From Heptranchias perlo (Eukaryota), in the NCBI RefSeq assembly GCF_035084215.1, contig NC_090350.1:33728001-33792000 (forward strand): a stretch of DNA of 64,000 nt, given 5' to 3'. This document shows, in pieces, positions 10,495-22,614 of this stretch. The notes under the pieces are model-generated. The model was not told where the DNA came from, did no database searches, and worked only from the letters and a program-made list of their open reading frames with translations. The first letter of the stretch is position 1. Each line of letters begins with the position of its first letter. The translations under genes were made by a program, and so were the position numbers.

Positions 10495-11683
10495 AGAGGT
10501 GAGGTGAGAGTGACTGCCCATGATATCAAGGCAGCATTTGACCGAGTGTGGCACCAAGGAGCCCTAGTAAAATTGAAGTCAATGGGAATCAGGGGGAAAA
10601 CTCTCCAGTGGCTGGAGTCATACCTAGCACAAAGGAAGATGGTAGTGGTTGTTGGAGGCCAATCATCTCAGCCCCAGGACATTGCTGCAGGAGTTCCTCA
10701 GGGCAGTGTCCTAGGCCCAACCATCTTCAGCTGCTTCATCAATGACCTTCCCTCCATCATAAGGTCAGAAATGGGGATGTTCCCTGATGATTGCACAGTG
10801 TTCAGTTCCATTCGCAACCCCTCAAATAATGAAGCAGTCCGAGCCTGCATGCAGCAAGACCTGGACAACATCCAGGCTTGGGCTGATAAGTGGTAAGTAA
10901 CATTCACGCCAGATAAGTGCCAGGCAATGTCCATCTCCAACAAGATAGAGTCTAACCACCTCCCCTTGACATTCAACAGCATTACCATCGCCGAATCCCC
11001 AACCATCAACATCCTGGGGGTCACCATTGACCAGAAACTTAACTGGACCACCCTTATAAATACTGTGGCTACAAAAGCAGGTCAGAGGCTGGGTATTCTG
11101 CGGCGAGTGACTCACCTCCTGACTCCCCAAAGCCTTTCCATCATCTACAAGGCACAAGTCAGAAGTGTGATGGAATACTCTCCACTTGCCTGGATGAGTG
11201 CAGCTCCAACAACACTAAAGAAGTTCGACACCATCCAAGATAAAGCAGCCCGCTTGATTGGCACCCCATCCACCACCCAAAACATTCACTCCCTTCACCA
11301 CCGGCGCACTGTGGCTGCAGTGTGTACCATCCACAGGATGCACTGCAGCAACTCGCCAAGGCTTCTTCGACAGCACCTCCCAAACCCACGACCTCTACCA
11401 CCTAGAAGGACAAGAGCAGCAGGTACATGGGAACAACACCACCTGCACGTTCCCCTCCAAGTCACACACCATCCCGACTTGGAAATATATCGCCATTCCT
11501 TCATCGTCGCTGGGTCAAAATCCTGGAACTCCCTTCCTAACAGCACTGTGGGAGAACCTTCACCACATGGACTGCAGCGGTTCAAGAAGGCGGCTCACCA
11601 CAACCTTCTCAAGGGCAATTAGGGATGGGCAATAAATGCTGGCCTCGCCAGCGACGCCCACATCCCATGAACGAATAAAAAAA
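10495..11683 (+). mobile_element. Non-LTR retrotransposon (CR1/L2/Jockey group), 5'-truncated, RT domain and 3' end
   Basis: ORFs 10504-10896 ([25 protein letters not shown] from FADD) and 10927-11622; 3' end GGGCAATAAATGCTGGCC...CACATCCCATGAACGAATAAAAAAA. Confidence 0.92.
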
Positions 11684-11764
11684 CTAATAGGCAGGGACAG
11701 ATTAACACACTGACCTACAGGGCCCGTGCCCAGGGGCCCAAAAATACAGGGCCCCCAGTAAAGA

Positions 11765-12105
11765 TAGGAATATAGGAACAGGCGTAGGCAATTCAGCCCC
11801 TTGAGCCTGTTCCAACATTCAATGAGATCATGGCTGATCTGTATCCTAACTTCATTTACCCGCCTTGGATCCATATCCCTTAATACCCTTGGCTAGCAAA
11901 AATCTATCAATCTCAGATTTAAAATTATTAATTGAGCTGCTTTTTGTGGGAGAGAGTTCCATACTTCTATCACCTTTTGTATGAAGAAGTGTTTTCTTAT
12001 TTCTCTCCTGAATGGCCTGGCTCTGATTTTAAGATTATGTCCCCTTGTCCCAGACTCCCCCACCAGCGGAAAATGTTTCTCTCGATCTACCCTATAATTT
12101 CCTTT
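11765..12105 (-). mobile_element. CR1 (HER1-like) LINE 3' fragment
   Basis: Translates TRGHNLKI...IRKHFF.QKV.EVWNSLP; CR1 3'UTR GATCAGCCATGATCTCATTGAA. Confidence 0.8.
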
Positions 12106-12309
12106 CAAGGAAAGAAAAAAAGGGAAGGTCTGCGATAGGGTGGAGGGCAGGGATGATGAAATGACAAAAGGGATGATGGTGCAATGCAAAAGGAGGGTGG
12201 TAATGGGAGAATAAAGAAACAAAAGATGGGTCCAGAGGATATGTAAATGGCAACAGCAAAACCAGCACTTTATTTTAGATTTCCAGCATTCGCAGTATTT
12301 TGCTTCTGC

Positions 12310-12865
12310 AATGGAAAGCAGGAGTCCTCAATGGAAGGCTTTCTAAGCAGGAGACCTCCCCTGCACCATTGGAGATCTGGGGTGGAGAATGTTGCACGGA
12401 GCAGTGGCAACAAATAGGTTTTTAAACCACTTTGCGGACTTCCAGGCTGCCTGTAATTTTTGCAGCCTGGATGAATCCGTGTATCATGTATACATGGAAT
12501 GTGAGAGGTTGCAGCCCCTCTCCCACTATTTGAAGGGGCTGCTCCTCAACTTCTGGCTGCATTTCAGTCCCTCGCTCCTGATCTTTGGTCGCCCGGTGTG
12601 GAAGGGGGCGGGCAAGTTGGAGGACCTCCTTGTGGATCTGCTCCTGGGCCTAGCCAATGTGGCCATCCATAGGTCTGGGTTAGACATGGCCCGTGGGGGC
12701 AGTCGCTCCGGCTGCCTGCCTCTCTCCTGCGGTTTTCTCCGCACCCGGGTGGCTTGGGAGAAGGGGCACGCGATGTCCACCAGTACGCTTGAGGCCTTCC
12801 GCGACCGGTGGGCACCGCAGGGACGGCAGTGCATAGTAGACACTGCCAACAATATTATGATTTAC
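12310..12865 (+). mobile_element. Tx1-type LINE ORF2 C-terminal fragment (zf-RVT)
   Basis: WRMLHGAVATN...ACNFCSLDESVYHVYMECERL (CCHC), homologous to 14177-15067. Confidence 0.85.
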
Positions 12866-13280
12866 ATAGAAATTACAGCACAGAAACAGGCCATTTGGCC
12901 CAACTGGTCTATACAGGTGTTTATGCTCCGCACCAGCCTCCTCCCACCCTACTTCATCTCACCTATCAACATAACCTTCAATTCCTTTCTCCCTCATGTA
13001 CTTATCTAGCTTCCCCTTAAATGCATCTATACTGTTCGCCTCAACTTCTCTATGTGGTATATATATAGGAGTAGGTGCATAAGTATCATCTCCGGGTTTA
13101 AAATTATACTGAGCGCTATTTTAAACAGTCAATGACCCACTTAAAATAACCAAAAATCGAGAATACAATTATTCAGATACCAGGATACCACCTCAGCCTG
13201 TCCTGCCTCTCTGAAGCTGCTTTTTTCAGTGTACAGGTATGTTTTTTTGTGAAGATACAGGATTTGAGCACAGAATCTAT

Positions 13281-13758
13281 CAACACTCAAGAAGCTCAAC
13301 ACCATCCAGGACAAAGCAGCCCGCTTGATTGGTTCCCCATCCACCACCCTAAACATTCACTCCCTTCACCACCGACGCACCGTGGCTGCAGTGTGTACCA
13401 TCCACAGGATGCACTGCAGCAACTCGCCAAGGCTTCTTCGACAGCACCTCCCAAACCCCTTGACCTCTACCACCTAGAAGGACAAGAGCGGCAGGCACAT
13501 GGGAACAACACCACCTGCACGTTCCCCACCAAGTCACACATCACCCGACTTGGAAATATATCGCCGTTCCTTCATCGTCGCTGGGTCAAAATCCTGAAAC
13601 TCCCTACCGAACAGCACTGTGGGAGAACCTTCACCACACGGACTGGAGGGGTTCAGGAAGGCGGCTCACCACCACCTTCTCAAGGGCAATTAGGGATGGG
13701 CAATAAATGCCGGCCTCGCCACATCCTTCACCACATCCCATGAACGAATAAATAAAAA
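13281..13758 (+). mobile_element. 3' fragment of the same LINE family as 10495-11683
   Basis: Near-identical to 11208-11683, including the ATGAACGAATAAA end. Confidence 0.9.
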
Positions 13759-13817
13759 TCCAGGCCCGACACTTCAGTGCAGCACTGAGGGGATTTGATA
13801 AGTTTCTTTTGTCTTTT

Positions 13818-14074
13818 TTTTTCTTTGTGGGGTGTGCTTAAATACTAAAACCAAACAAACCAAAACCAAGTGTTCAAATTAAAATTTTATTATCCTCGTT
13901 CAGGATGCACTCCAGCCCCTGCGGTGCCCACCGGTCGCGGAAAGCCTCAAGCGTACCGGCAGACACCGCGTGCTCCATCTCCAGGGCCACCCGGGCGCGG
14001 AGCATTCCGCGGAAGAGAGGCAGACAGGCCGAGCGACCGCCCCCATGGACCACGAGCATCCAAGACCTGTGGAT
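13818..14074 (-). mobile_element. Tx1-type LINE copy A (5'-truncated, ~260 bp)
   Basis: ORF 13874-14059 ending GTLEAFRDRWAPQGLECILNEDNKILI*; poly(A) abuts the TCTTTTGTCTTTT motif at 13805. Confidence 0.88.
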
Positions 14075-14088
14075 GTCTTTTGTCTTTT

Positions 14089-15079
14089 TTTTTGTGTATT
14101 AGGCCCCCCTTTTATAAGAAGGGGGGGGTGTGGGGTGTGCTTAAATACTAAAACCAAACAAACCAAAACCAAGTGTTCAAATTAAAATTTTATTCTCCTC
14201 GTCCAGGATGCACTCCAGCCCCTGCGGTGCCCACCGGTCGCGGAAAGCCTCGAGCGTACCGGCAGACACCGCGTGCTCCATCTCCAGGGCCACCCGGGCA
14301 CGGAGCATTCCGCGGAAGAGAGGCAGACAGGCCGAGCGAACGCCCCCACGGACCACGATCATCCTAGACCTGTGGATGGCCACCTTGGACAGGCCCAGGA
14401 GCAGGCCCACGAGAACGTCCACCGACCTGCCCGCCCCCCCCCTCACCGGGCGGCCAAAGATCAGGAGCGTGGGACTGAAACGCAGCCAGAACTTGAGGAG
14501 CAGCCCCTTCAAATAATGGAACAGGGGCTGCAGTCTCGCACACCCAGTGTACAGATGGAACACGGACTCCTCCAGGCCGCAGAAATCACAAGCGGCCTGG
14601 GTGTCCGTGAAATGGCGTAACCGCCGGTTGCACGCGACTGCTCCGTGCGCCACCCTCCACCCCAGATCCCCAAAGTAACACGGGAGGACCCCTGTATAGA
14701 GAGCCTCCCACTGGGGACCCCCGTCTCCGCCGGACGGCAGGATGGCACGCCAGGGCGAGTCCGGCCGAGAGACGAGGGCGAGGAAGTGGATGGTGTGCAG
14801 GAGCAGCCCGTACAGGAAATCCCTCCGCGCGGTGTGAAACGGCACGGAGGGAATTTCCGAGAGACGGCTCAGGTTGTGAGGCGCGGCCCCCCGAGGGAGG
14901 TTCCGAGGTTTGGCGCCGAGGAGGAACTCCGTCCGAACGGGGGTCAGGTCGGACGGGATGGCTCCGCACGCGTGAGCCGCCTCCACACCCCGAGTGGAGT
15001 CAGGGCCGAGCGCTGATTTCAACGCCCGGATGGCGATGGCCGCGTCCCCGGCACGCCACGAGGACATCCGTGCGGCGAG
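14089..15079 (-). mobile_element. Tx1-type LINE copy B (5'-truncated, ~990 bp, uninterrupted ORF2 C-terminus with zf-RVT)
   Basis: 296-aa open frame 14177-15067 with DLGWRVAHGAV...CDFCGLEESVFHLYTGCARL; CpGs retained; TSD GTCTTTTGTCTTTT at 14075-14088 and 15080-15093. Confidence 0.92.
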
Positions 15080-15099
15080 GTCTTTTGTCTTTTGTAATT

Positions 15100-15800
15100 C
15101 CCTTCATGTTGGGTTGGTGACACTGGGGCAAGCCAGTGCCTCCCAAAGGGGGAATGGAAAAAGGGCCGATTGAAGGCGGGACTTTGCCTTGATTGACAGG
15201 CGTGAGCTGCCGTAATTCCGGGGAGGGGCTGGTCGACCCGCCATTCGGACACAGGAAGGACAGACGCGATGGCGCGCCTGCTGCTTAGAAGTAACTTAAT
15301 TGTCGCCCAGCACCTGCGGGCTTATGGCGACAGCAGCCAGGTAATGGCCTGAAGCCTCGGGGAGGGGGTAGTGGGCCGCGGCTGTGGCTGTGCCCGGTAA
15401 CCCGGGCGGAGTGATACCTGGTTGTTTTCCGAGTGACGCAGCCAGAAGCCTGCGGACGATGTCGGGCCTGGTGAGTGAGTGAGTGAGTGAGGGGGCCGGG
15501 AGACCCGGGCCGGGGGCTGTCGGCATTCCGCCCTGGGCTCAAGGACCCGGGCTTCAGCTACACTTAACTCGGTGCATTTTCCCCAGAAGCTGTTGCTAGG
15601 ATGGGCTGTGCTGGTAGATCTGTGCGGGCCCTGGGTTGGGTTATCTCTTGCCGGCCCTGGGCAACGCTAGGTTGTGCGGGCCCTGGGCTGCGTTGTGTGG
15701 TGCCTCGGTTGGGCCTGCGCCCTGCCGAGCCTTGAGCCCAAGGTCAGCGCTTTGTGGTCGGCTGTGGAGTAAGGCTGGTTTCATGGAGATGGTGGCTGCA
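15100..15800 (+). promoter_or_regulatory. ATP5IF1 CpG-island promoter and first exon/intron
   Basis: GC/CpG-rich; GC-box-like GGCGGG at ~15175; TGATTGACAG at 15190-15199; ETS-like ACAGGAAG at 15251. Confidence 0.65.
15269..15340 (+). CDS. ATP5IF1: ATP5IF1 exon 1 (mitochondrial presequence)
   Basis: gcgATGG Kozak context; Arg/Leu-rich 24 codons; CAG/gtaatg donor, phase 0. Confidence 0.88.
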
Positions 15801-18800
15801 GGTTAGATGTGCAATGGGGCTCGACACACCAAGCGCTTGGTCAACGAAGTGAGGTCGCAAAGGTGGGCGGAAATGAAGGGAATTCCATAACTGGGTAGGG
15901 GGCTTGGGGGGGGGGGCTGAAAGTTTTGCTCTCGGGAATTCCTTCTTTACACCCTTTTGTCTCAGCCGTAAGTATAGGTATCAGTTGTGATATTGCGTTG
16001 TATTTATTTCGTTTTCCAATAACTGGTTTTTACAAATATATTTGAACTTTGTTTAGGGTGAGGTGGACTTGATCACTTGGGTCGTTGAGTGAAAAGTGAT
16101 TGGGGAAGGGGAGCAAATTCAGTCTGTCTGTTCATAGAACCATTGAAAATTTACGGCACAGAAAGAGGCCATTTGGCCCATATTGTCTGTGCTGGCCAAA
16201 AATGAGCCACCCAGCCTAATCCCACTTTCCAGCACTTGGTCTGTAGCCTTGTAGGTTATGGCACTTCAGGTGCGTATCCAGGTACTTTTTAAATGAGTTG
16301 AGGGTTTCTGCCTCCACCACCCTTTCAGGCAGTGAGTTCCAGATCCCCACCACCCTCTGGGTGAAAAAAAAATCCTCAGCTCCCCTCTAGTCCTTCCACC
16401 AATGTCTTTAAACCTATGCCCTTGGTTATTGACCCCTCTGCTAAGGGGAAGTAGGTCTTTCCTATCCACTCTATCCAGGCCGCTCATAATTTTGTACACC
16501 TCCATTGAACTTCCCCTCAGCTTCCTTTGTACCAAAGAAAACAACCCCAGCCTATCCCAATCTTTCCCCATAGCTAAAATTCTCCAGTCCTGGCAACATT
16601 CTCATAAATCTCCTCTGTACCCTCTCTAGTGCAATTACATCCTTCCTGTAATGTAACCAGAACTGTACGCAGCACTCAAGCTGTGGTCTAACTAGTGTTT
16701 TTTACAGTTCTAGCATAACCTCCCTGCTCTTATATTCAATGCCTCAGCTAATAAAGGAAAAATATTTCTTCAAATTGATTATACCTTTATCGATTTGGCA
16801 AGAAAGGTAGTTTGAAAACGAGCCTGTGTGGACAGTTTTTTTTGTTACGTGGCTTGTGGTTTTTAGGTTTGCTGATCTGTAGTGGAAAATGAAATGAGGG
16901 GCTGCAATTCCTTATTTCAAATTGGTCCTGTTTGGTTCCCAGTTGATGCAGGCAATGGTGCAGGGAGTGACCTGGCTCATTTGAGCTAATGGTGTAGAGG
17001 CTTACCGGGGCTGTCTTGGAGCAACTCTAACTTCCTCATAAGATGGTGTTTGTTCAAACTCCTGAGCAATTTGACTGTCCAAGGGTTTGCTTTGGATGCA
17101 GTCACAATGTTGGTGAGATGTAGTACTGTTCAATTTGCACATAATGTTGTTCAAAAGGAAATGTAAGTTTTTCCAAAGTAACTTGGATAATGCTGTGCAT
17201 GCACTTCTAGCACTAAAGACTACAATACTGTTTTTGTTTCAGCTGGGAGAACTGGGCAAGGGAGCTGGAAAAGGAGGTGGTGGTGGAGGATCCATTAGAG
17301 AAGCTGGAGGTTCACTTGGTGTAAGAGAAGCAGCACTGGAGGAGAAGTACTTCAAGTAAGTGGATTTTTAGGTTGTGGACTACAGTATGCCCGCCTGATG
17401 ATTTTGATTGCTTGGTTATTTACATTAATTCAGGCTAAGTGGGAATTTACTGATTAAAAATCTAATCGTCCTTTGAATTGAGGAACTCTGAATTGAGAGG
17501 AGCAGATTCTTTGGAATTGAGAACCTTTGCAACAGTTAATTCAGGTCTCTATAAATGGTCTAAAATTTTTCTGGTGTTCATCAGCAAGAGTGATTAACTG
17601 TTTGGGTATGTATTAAAATTCCAAATTGATGGATCAAAGTGAATGTTTGCATTGTAATTGCATTCTTTTTGTACTTGCATTTATTATACTGATGCTTTGG
17701 CACAAGACTAATGCAGACCTTCAATGACATGAAGATAAGATAAAAGCAGATGAATGGTGTGCTTTCATACAGCAAATAATTTCCTTGCTGCAGCTATTGC
17801 CATCTGTTTGTGTAGTGTACCTTCCAAATATTTTATGCAGACAGGAATTAAAGCCACATATCATGGAAAGTTACAGCACAGAAACAGGATATTTTGGCTC
17901 ATCAAATCTATGGTGCTGTTTTTCTCCATTTGAGCCACTTTCCTTGCTCTCTCCTTATATCTAACATTATTTTTCAAGCAACTATCTAATTCCCCTTAAA
18001 GAATTTATGGACTCTGTCAACAGTTTGTGGCATAGAATTCCACATTTCAACAACCCTCAAAATAAAAATTCTAACCTTTTTAAATGTTTGCAATTATTGT
18101 TGTCTTGGGCACCAATGGATATCACATTTACTTTATCGTAACCCTGCAAAGCCCCTAGTAGGCCACCCCTTAACTGTGTCAACTAGTAAAGGCCCAACTT
18201 CTGAAGTGCCTCCATAACTATAACCCCTCATCCTGGGTATCATTTCACTGGATCTACGTTGCAACTTTTCCATTGCTTTTATATCCTTCCTACAATGGGG
18301 TGCCAACAACTGCAACCTAACGAAGATCTTGTATAACTTCAACACTATGCCGTTGCTTTTCATTTGCCTCTTTATTGTCATAATTACTGACACTGCTATT
18401 TTTCATGACCTGTGTATCTTCTTGCCAAGGCCTCTGCAAAAATTTTAAAATCTTATCATTCACAATGTATTTTCTTTCAAAATGTCATGCTTTGCACTCC
18501 ATCTGCTGCTTATCTACAGCCTCCTGTAGTTATTCACAATCCTAATTATAATTTGCTGCAGCCCCCAATTTGTGACATCAGCAAATTGAAGATCCCTCAA
18601 TTCACAACTAGATTTTATAGAATATGTCCACATCCAGGACAGACCCTTGTGGAACACCACTTGCTACATCTTTCCAGTCTGAGAAATTTCCCTAACCTTT
18701 AACCATTGCTTTTTGCCCTCTGGCCACTTGGAGCAAGAAAGTTATATACCCTTTTATTCCATATGCCACATCTTTGCTGCAAGTCTTCTGTGTGGCACCT

Positions 18801-21800
18801 CATCAAATGTTTGTTGAAAATCCATGTAATCCACGTTCACTGTTTCTTTTTCTATCTTGTTTCTTCTAAAACATTTACATGGATCGTCAAGCATGACCTC
18901 CCTTTTAGAAATCTACGCTGACAGCCTCTGATAGACTTGTTTCCCCAACTGCTTAATAATTAGTTCCATATTGTAGACTTTAGTAATTGAAGTAGGGCTG
19001 TCTAACCTATAATTCTCTGGTTTATTCTTGCCTCCCTTTTTGAAAAGGGGTGTTGTATTTGCTATCCTCTAGCACAGTTTTACTTTCCATGGAATTTTGG
19101 CAGTTTCTAGTCTGAACCTTTGTTAGTCCTTCCCTGGTTTTCCTCAGATTTAAAAAAAAACTGATCCGAGTGATTTGTCCATTTAAGGTTTAACTAACTA
19201 ACCACTTATGTCCATTAGTTGTTAAGCATCCACGTCCCAGTCCCAATACTCCTCCCCACTCCCTCTGAAAGTGGAAACCAAGGACTTATTTCGTATTTGC
19301 CATTCCCTTGCTCTCTCTGACCAGCTTGTCTGCATCTTATGAATCTACCCCTGCCTTGGTTTTCTTTTTATGACTAATGTAATTTATAAGCTGCCTTATT
19401 AATCTTTTTTTTGCTCATTTTCTCAACTTCCTCTTCAGCATTTTAATTTGTTTTAACTTTCCCATATTTTTGTCCTGGATCTCATTTTTGTTATCTGCCC
19501 TGTAAGTGCTGAATGTAGTAAGTTCTAAAAAGGGGTGGCTGCAGAGATAGTGGATGCATTGGTTGCTATCTTCCAAAATTCCCTAGATTCTGCAGTGGTC
19601 CCAGTGGATTGGAAGGTAGCAGATGTAACACCATTCAAGGAAGGAGGGAAGAGAGAAAACGGGGAACTACAGGCCCGTTAGCCTGACATCAGCTGTCAGG
19701 AAAATGCTGGTAACATGGCACTTAGAAAACCATTATATGATTAGGCAGAGTCAACATGGTTTTATGAAAGGGAAATCCTGTTTAACAAATTTATTAGAGT
19801 TCTTTGAGGATGTAACTAGCAGGGTAGATAAAAGGGAACCAGTGGATGTAGTATATTTGGATTTCCATAAGGCATTCGATAAAGTGCCACATAAAAGGTT
19901 GTTACACAAGACATGGGCTCATGGGGTTGGGGGTAATTAACATGGATAGAGGATTTGTTAACGAACAGAAAACAGAGTGTAGGGATAAATGGGTCATTTT
20001 CAGTTTGGCAGGCTGTAGCTGGTGAGGTGCTGCAAGGATCAGTGCTGGGGCCTCAGCTACTTACAATCTATATTAATGACTTAGATGAAGGGACCAAGTG
20101 TAATGTATCCAAGTTTGCCTACAATACAAAGGTAAGCTGTGAAGAGGACACAGTCTGCAAAGGGATATAGACCAAGGTTAAATGAGTGGGCAAGAAGGTG
20201 GTAGATGGAGTATAATGTGGGGAAATGTGAGGTTATTCATTTGGTAGGAAGAATAGAAAAGTTGAATTTTTTTTATATGGTGAGAAACGATTAAATGTTG
20301 GTGTTGAGAGAGATCTGGGTGTCCTCGTACAAGAAACACAAAGTTAGCATGCAGGTACAGCAAGCAATTAGGAAGGCAAATGGCATGTTGGCCTTTATTG
20401 CAAGGGGGTTGGATTACAAGAGTAAGAAAGTCTTACTATTGTACAGGGCTTTGGTGAGACCACACCTGGAGTACAGTTTACAGTTTTGGTCTCCTTATCT
20501 AAGGAAGGATATACTTGCCTTTGAGGCGGTGCAACGCAGGTTCAGTAGATTATTTCCTGGGATGAGAGTTCTCCTATGAGGAGATTAAGTTGAATGGGCC
20601 TATACACTGGAGTTTAGAAGAATGAGAGGTGATCTCATTGAAACATATAAGATTCTGAGGGGGCTTGACGGGGTCGATAGAGGTGGTTTCCGCTGGCTGG
20701 TGAGTCTAGAACTAGAGGGCATAGTCGCAGGATAAGGGGTCGACCATTTACGACTGATATGAGGAATTTCTTCACTAAGGGTTGTGAATCTTTGGACTGC
20801 TCTACCCCAGAGGGCTGTGGATGCTGAGTCATTGAGTGCGAGAGAGCGACTCTTGGGGGATATGGGGATCGGGCAGGAAAGTGGAGTTGAGGCCAAAGAT
20901 CAGCCATGATCTTATTGAATGACGGAGCAGGCACAAGGGGCTGCATGGCCTACTTCTGCTCCTATTATATTTTAAACTTAATTTTCAAATTTTATTTAGT
21001 CTCCCTATTCATCCATGTAACCTCTTCTATTACTGGAATATATCTGATTTGTATCCTTTCACCTCATGTTGAAATATTTCTATTGACCTATTTGCCAATT
21101 TTCCTTTCCATTTAATCTGGGCAAGGTCACTTTATCTTGCTCTAACTTTTTCCTAATCAAGTGCTTTTTTCTTAATTACACTTGAGTAATGCAATATGAA
21201 TGATGTGCAACAAGGTTGTGATGTACTGTGTAGGTTAACCTACAATCGCTGACAGATTGCTAAGTAATTCACCTGAAGTTCTGATGTAAACTACAAGATC
21301 ACGCAGTTTCAAGTCAACAGCCACACCACCCTGAAATGTGTACTCTTGTAGTCTAATGAGCAAATTAGTAATGGACTCAACTGCATTTATTATACCTAAG
21401 GTGAATGGGCAACGTGTGATGTAATACCGAAGGCACATCCCCACATGCAAGACTTGTTTTGCATAAATTATTTGAATGTGAGTCCTGAGCAATATCCCTT
21501 CCAAAGTCCCTGAAGCTACACATTCATAGTTCTAGAATATACTAGATTGTCCACTTGTGTTTATAACTCAAGGGGGTGGGTGGCTAAACAGTTATCGGTG
21601 AATGCCTCAGCCTTACCAGTCCTTTTCGTTTCTGCATTTGGCATGCAAGTACCCGAAGTGCAGCGTGCATTCCTGCTGGCTCTTGGTAGAAATAACAGTA
21701 TTCTTACTAATATTTAAAAGTTCCACAGAGCCTAAAAACTTAAACTAGATCATGATATATCATTGAAAGCAGAAGGGTATGTATGTTTTGTATTTTCAAC

Positions 21801-22403
21801 CATTCTTAATGAAAGATTTTAGAAATAATAATTAAAGCTCGCACTCATTCCAATAAAGAAGACCTTGTTAGTGTCCTGATAACGTGACGTACTTTATGGA
21901 AACTAGACAGTTACTGTTCCGCGCTGAGATGTTTAAACTGTTTGTAGCAAACTCCGCAAAAGCAAGCTGCATGCTTTGTAACAAAACACATTGTCAGCGT
22001 GTACACCGAAGGTCAATTATAGCATGGAACACAAAGTTCTCTGTAATCTATTCCCAACAGTGAGATTGCCAATACAGTGCCAGATTAGGGGCACTATTCT
22101 GTGTCCCCATGCCCATTTGGAGCTGGATTGAGTGCCCAAACTTTCCATGGAGGAGTCTTAAAACCAGCAGATAGAGGAGACATTAATCTTAAATCCCAGA
22201 GTTTACATAACGCCTACCAGGCAATTCAATTCAATACAATTCTATTTTGTTGCAGGGAAAAGGAAAGGAAACAGATTGAAAATCTGAAGAAGTATCATAA
22301 AGAGGAGATTCAACACCATGAAGATGAAATACAGCGTTTACAGGATGAGGTTAAACGCCACAAACACCAGATCAAGAAGCTGAAGCAAAACGATGATGAC
22401 TAG
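15269..22403 (+). CDS. ATP5IF1: ATP5IF1 (mitochondrial ATPase inhibitory factor 1), complete, 3 exons, 110 aa
   Basis: Exons 15269-15340, 17243-17355 and 22256-22403 total 333 nt: [110 protein letters not shown]; IF1 signature [16 protein letters not shown] plus His-rich coiled coil. Confidence 0.97.
16135..16760 (-). mobile_element. CR1 (HER1-like) LINE 3' fragment, ATP5IF1 intron 1
   Basis: Translates [28 protein letters not shown]; HER1-type 3'UTR. Confidence 0.85.
17243..17355 (+). CDS. ATP5IF1: ATP5IF1 exon 2 (inhibitory segment)
   Basis: tttttgtttcag acceptor; AA/gtaagt donor, phase 2. Confidence 0.97.
17860..19190 (-). mobile_element. Highly degenerate CR1 LINE, ATP5IF1 intron 2
   Basis: Remnant motifs [25 protein letters not shown] and CTTTTTGAAAAGGGGTGT; many indels. 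Confidence 0.6.
19530..20965 (+). mobile_element. CR1 LINE RT region to 3' end, frameshifted
   Basis: [23 protein letters not shown]...[16 protein letters not shown]; [17 protein letters not shown]; [17 protein letters not shown]. Confidence 0.92.
22256..22403 (+). CDS. ATP5IF1: ATP5IF1 exon 3 (dimerisation coiled coil, stop)
   Basis: ttttgttgcag acceptor; TAG at 22401-22403. Confidence 0.96.
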
Positions 22404-22450
22404 GGTTTCTAATGTTGCTATGTGGCTCTACATATATAAATCATGGAGTT

Positions 22451-22456
22451 AATAAA
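22451..22456 (+). terminator. Candidate ATP5IF1 polyadenylation signal
   Basis: AATAAA 47 nt after the stop codon; ATTAAA also at ~22498. Confidence 0.6.
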
Positions 22457-22614
22457 TCTATATGTAATCATGTGCTTGGATGTACATTGCATTATCAATT
22501 AAAAATACACTATCTTAATATTTTGACTTATTTACTGGTTTGTAGACAAATCATGCAAGATACTACAGGTGCATGCCTATATTGGGGTTTATCTTAACTT
22601 TGTGTATAACCAAC

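Noticed and set aside
14208-15016. Several plus-strand and alternate-frame ORFs over the Tx1 copy
   Set aside because: Shadow ORFs of a GC-rich retrotransposon coding sequence.
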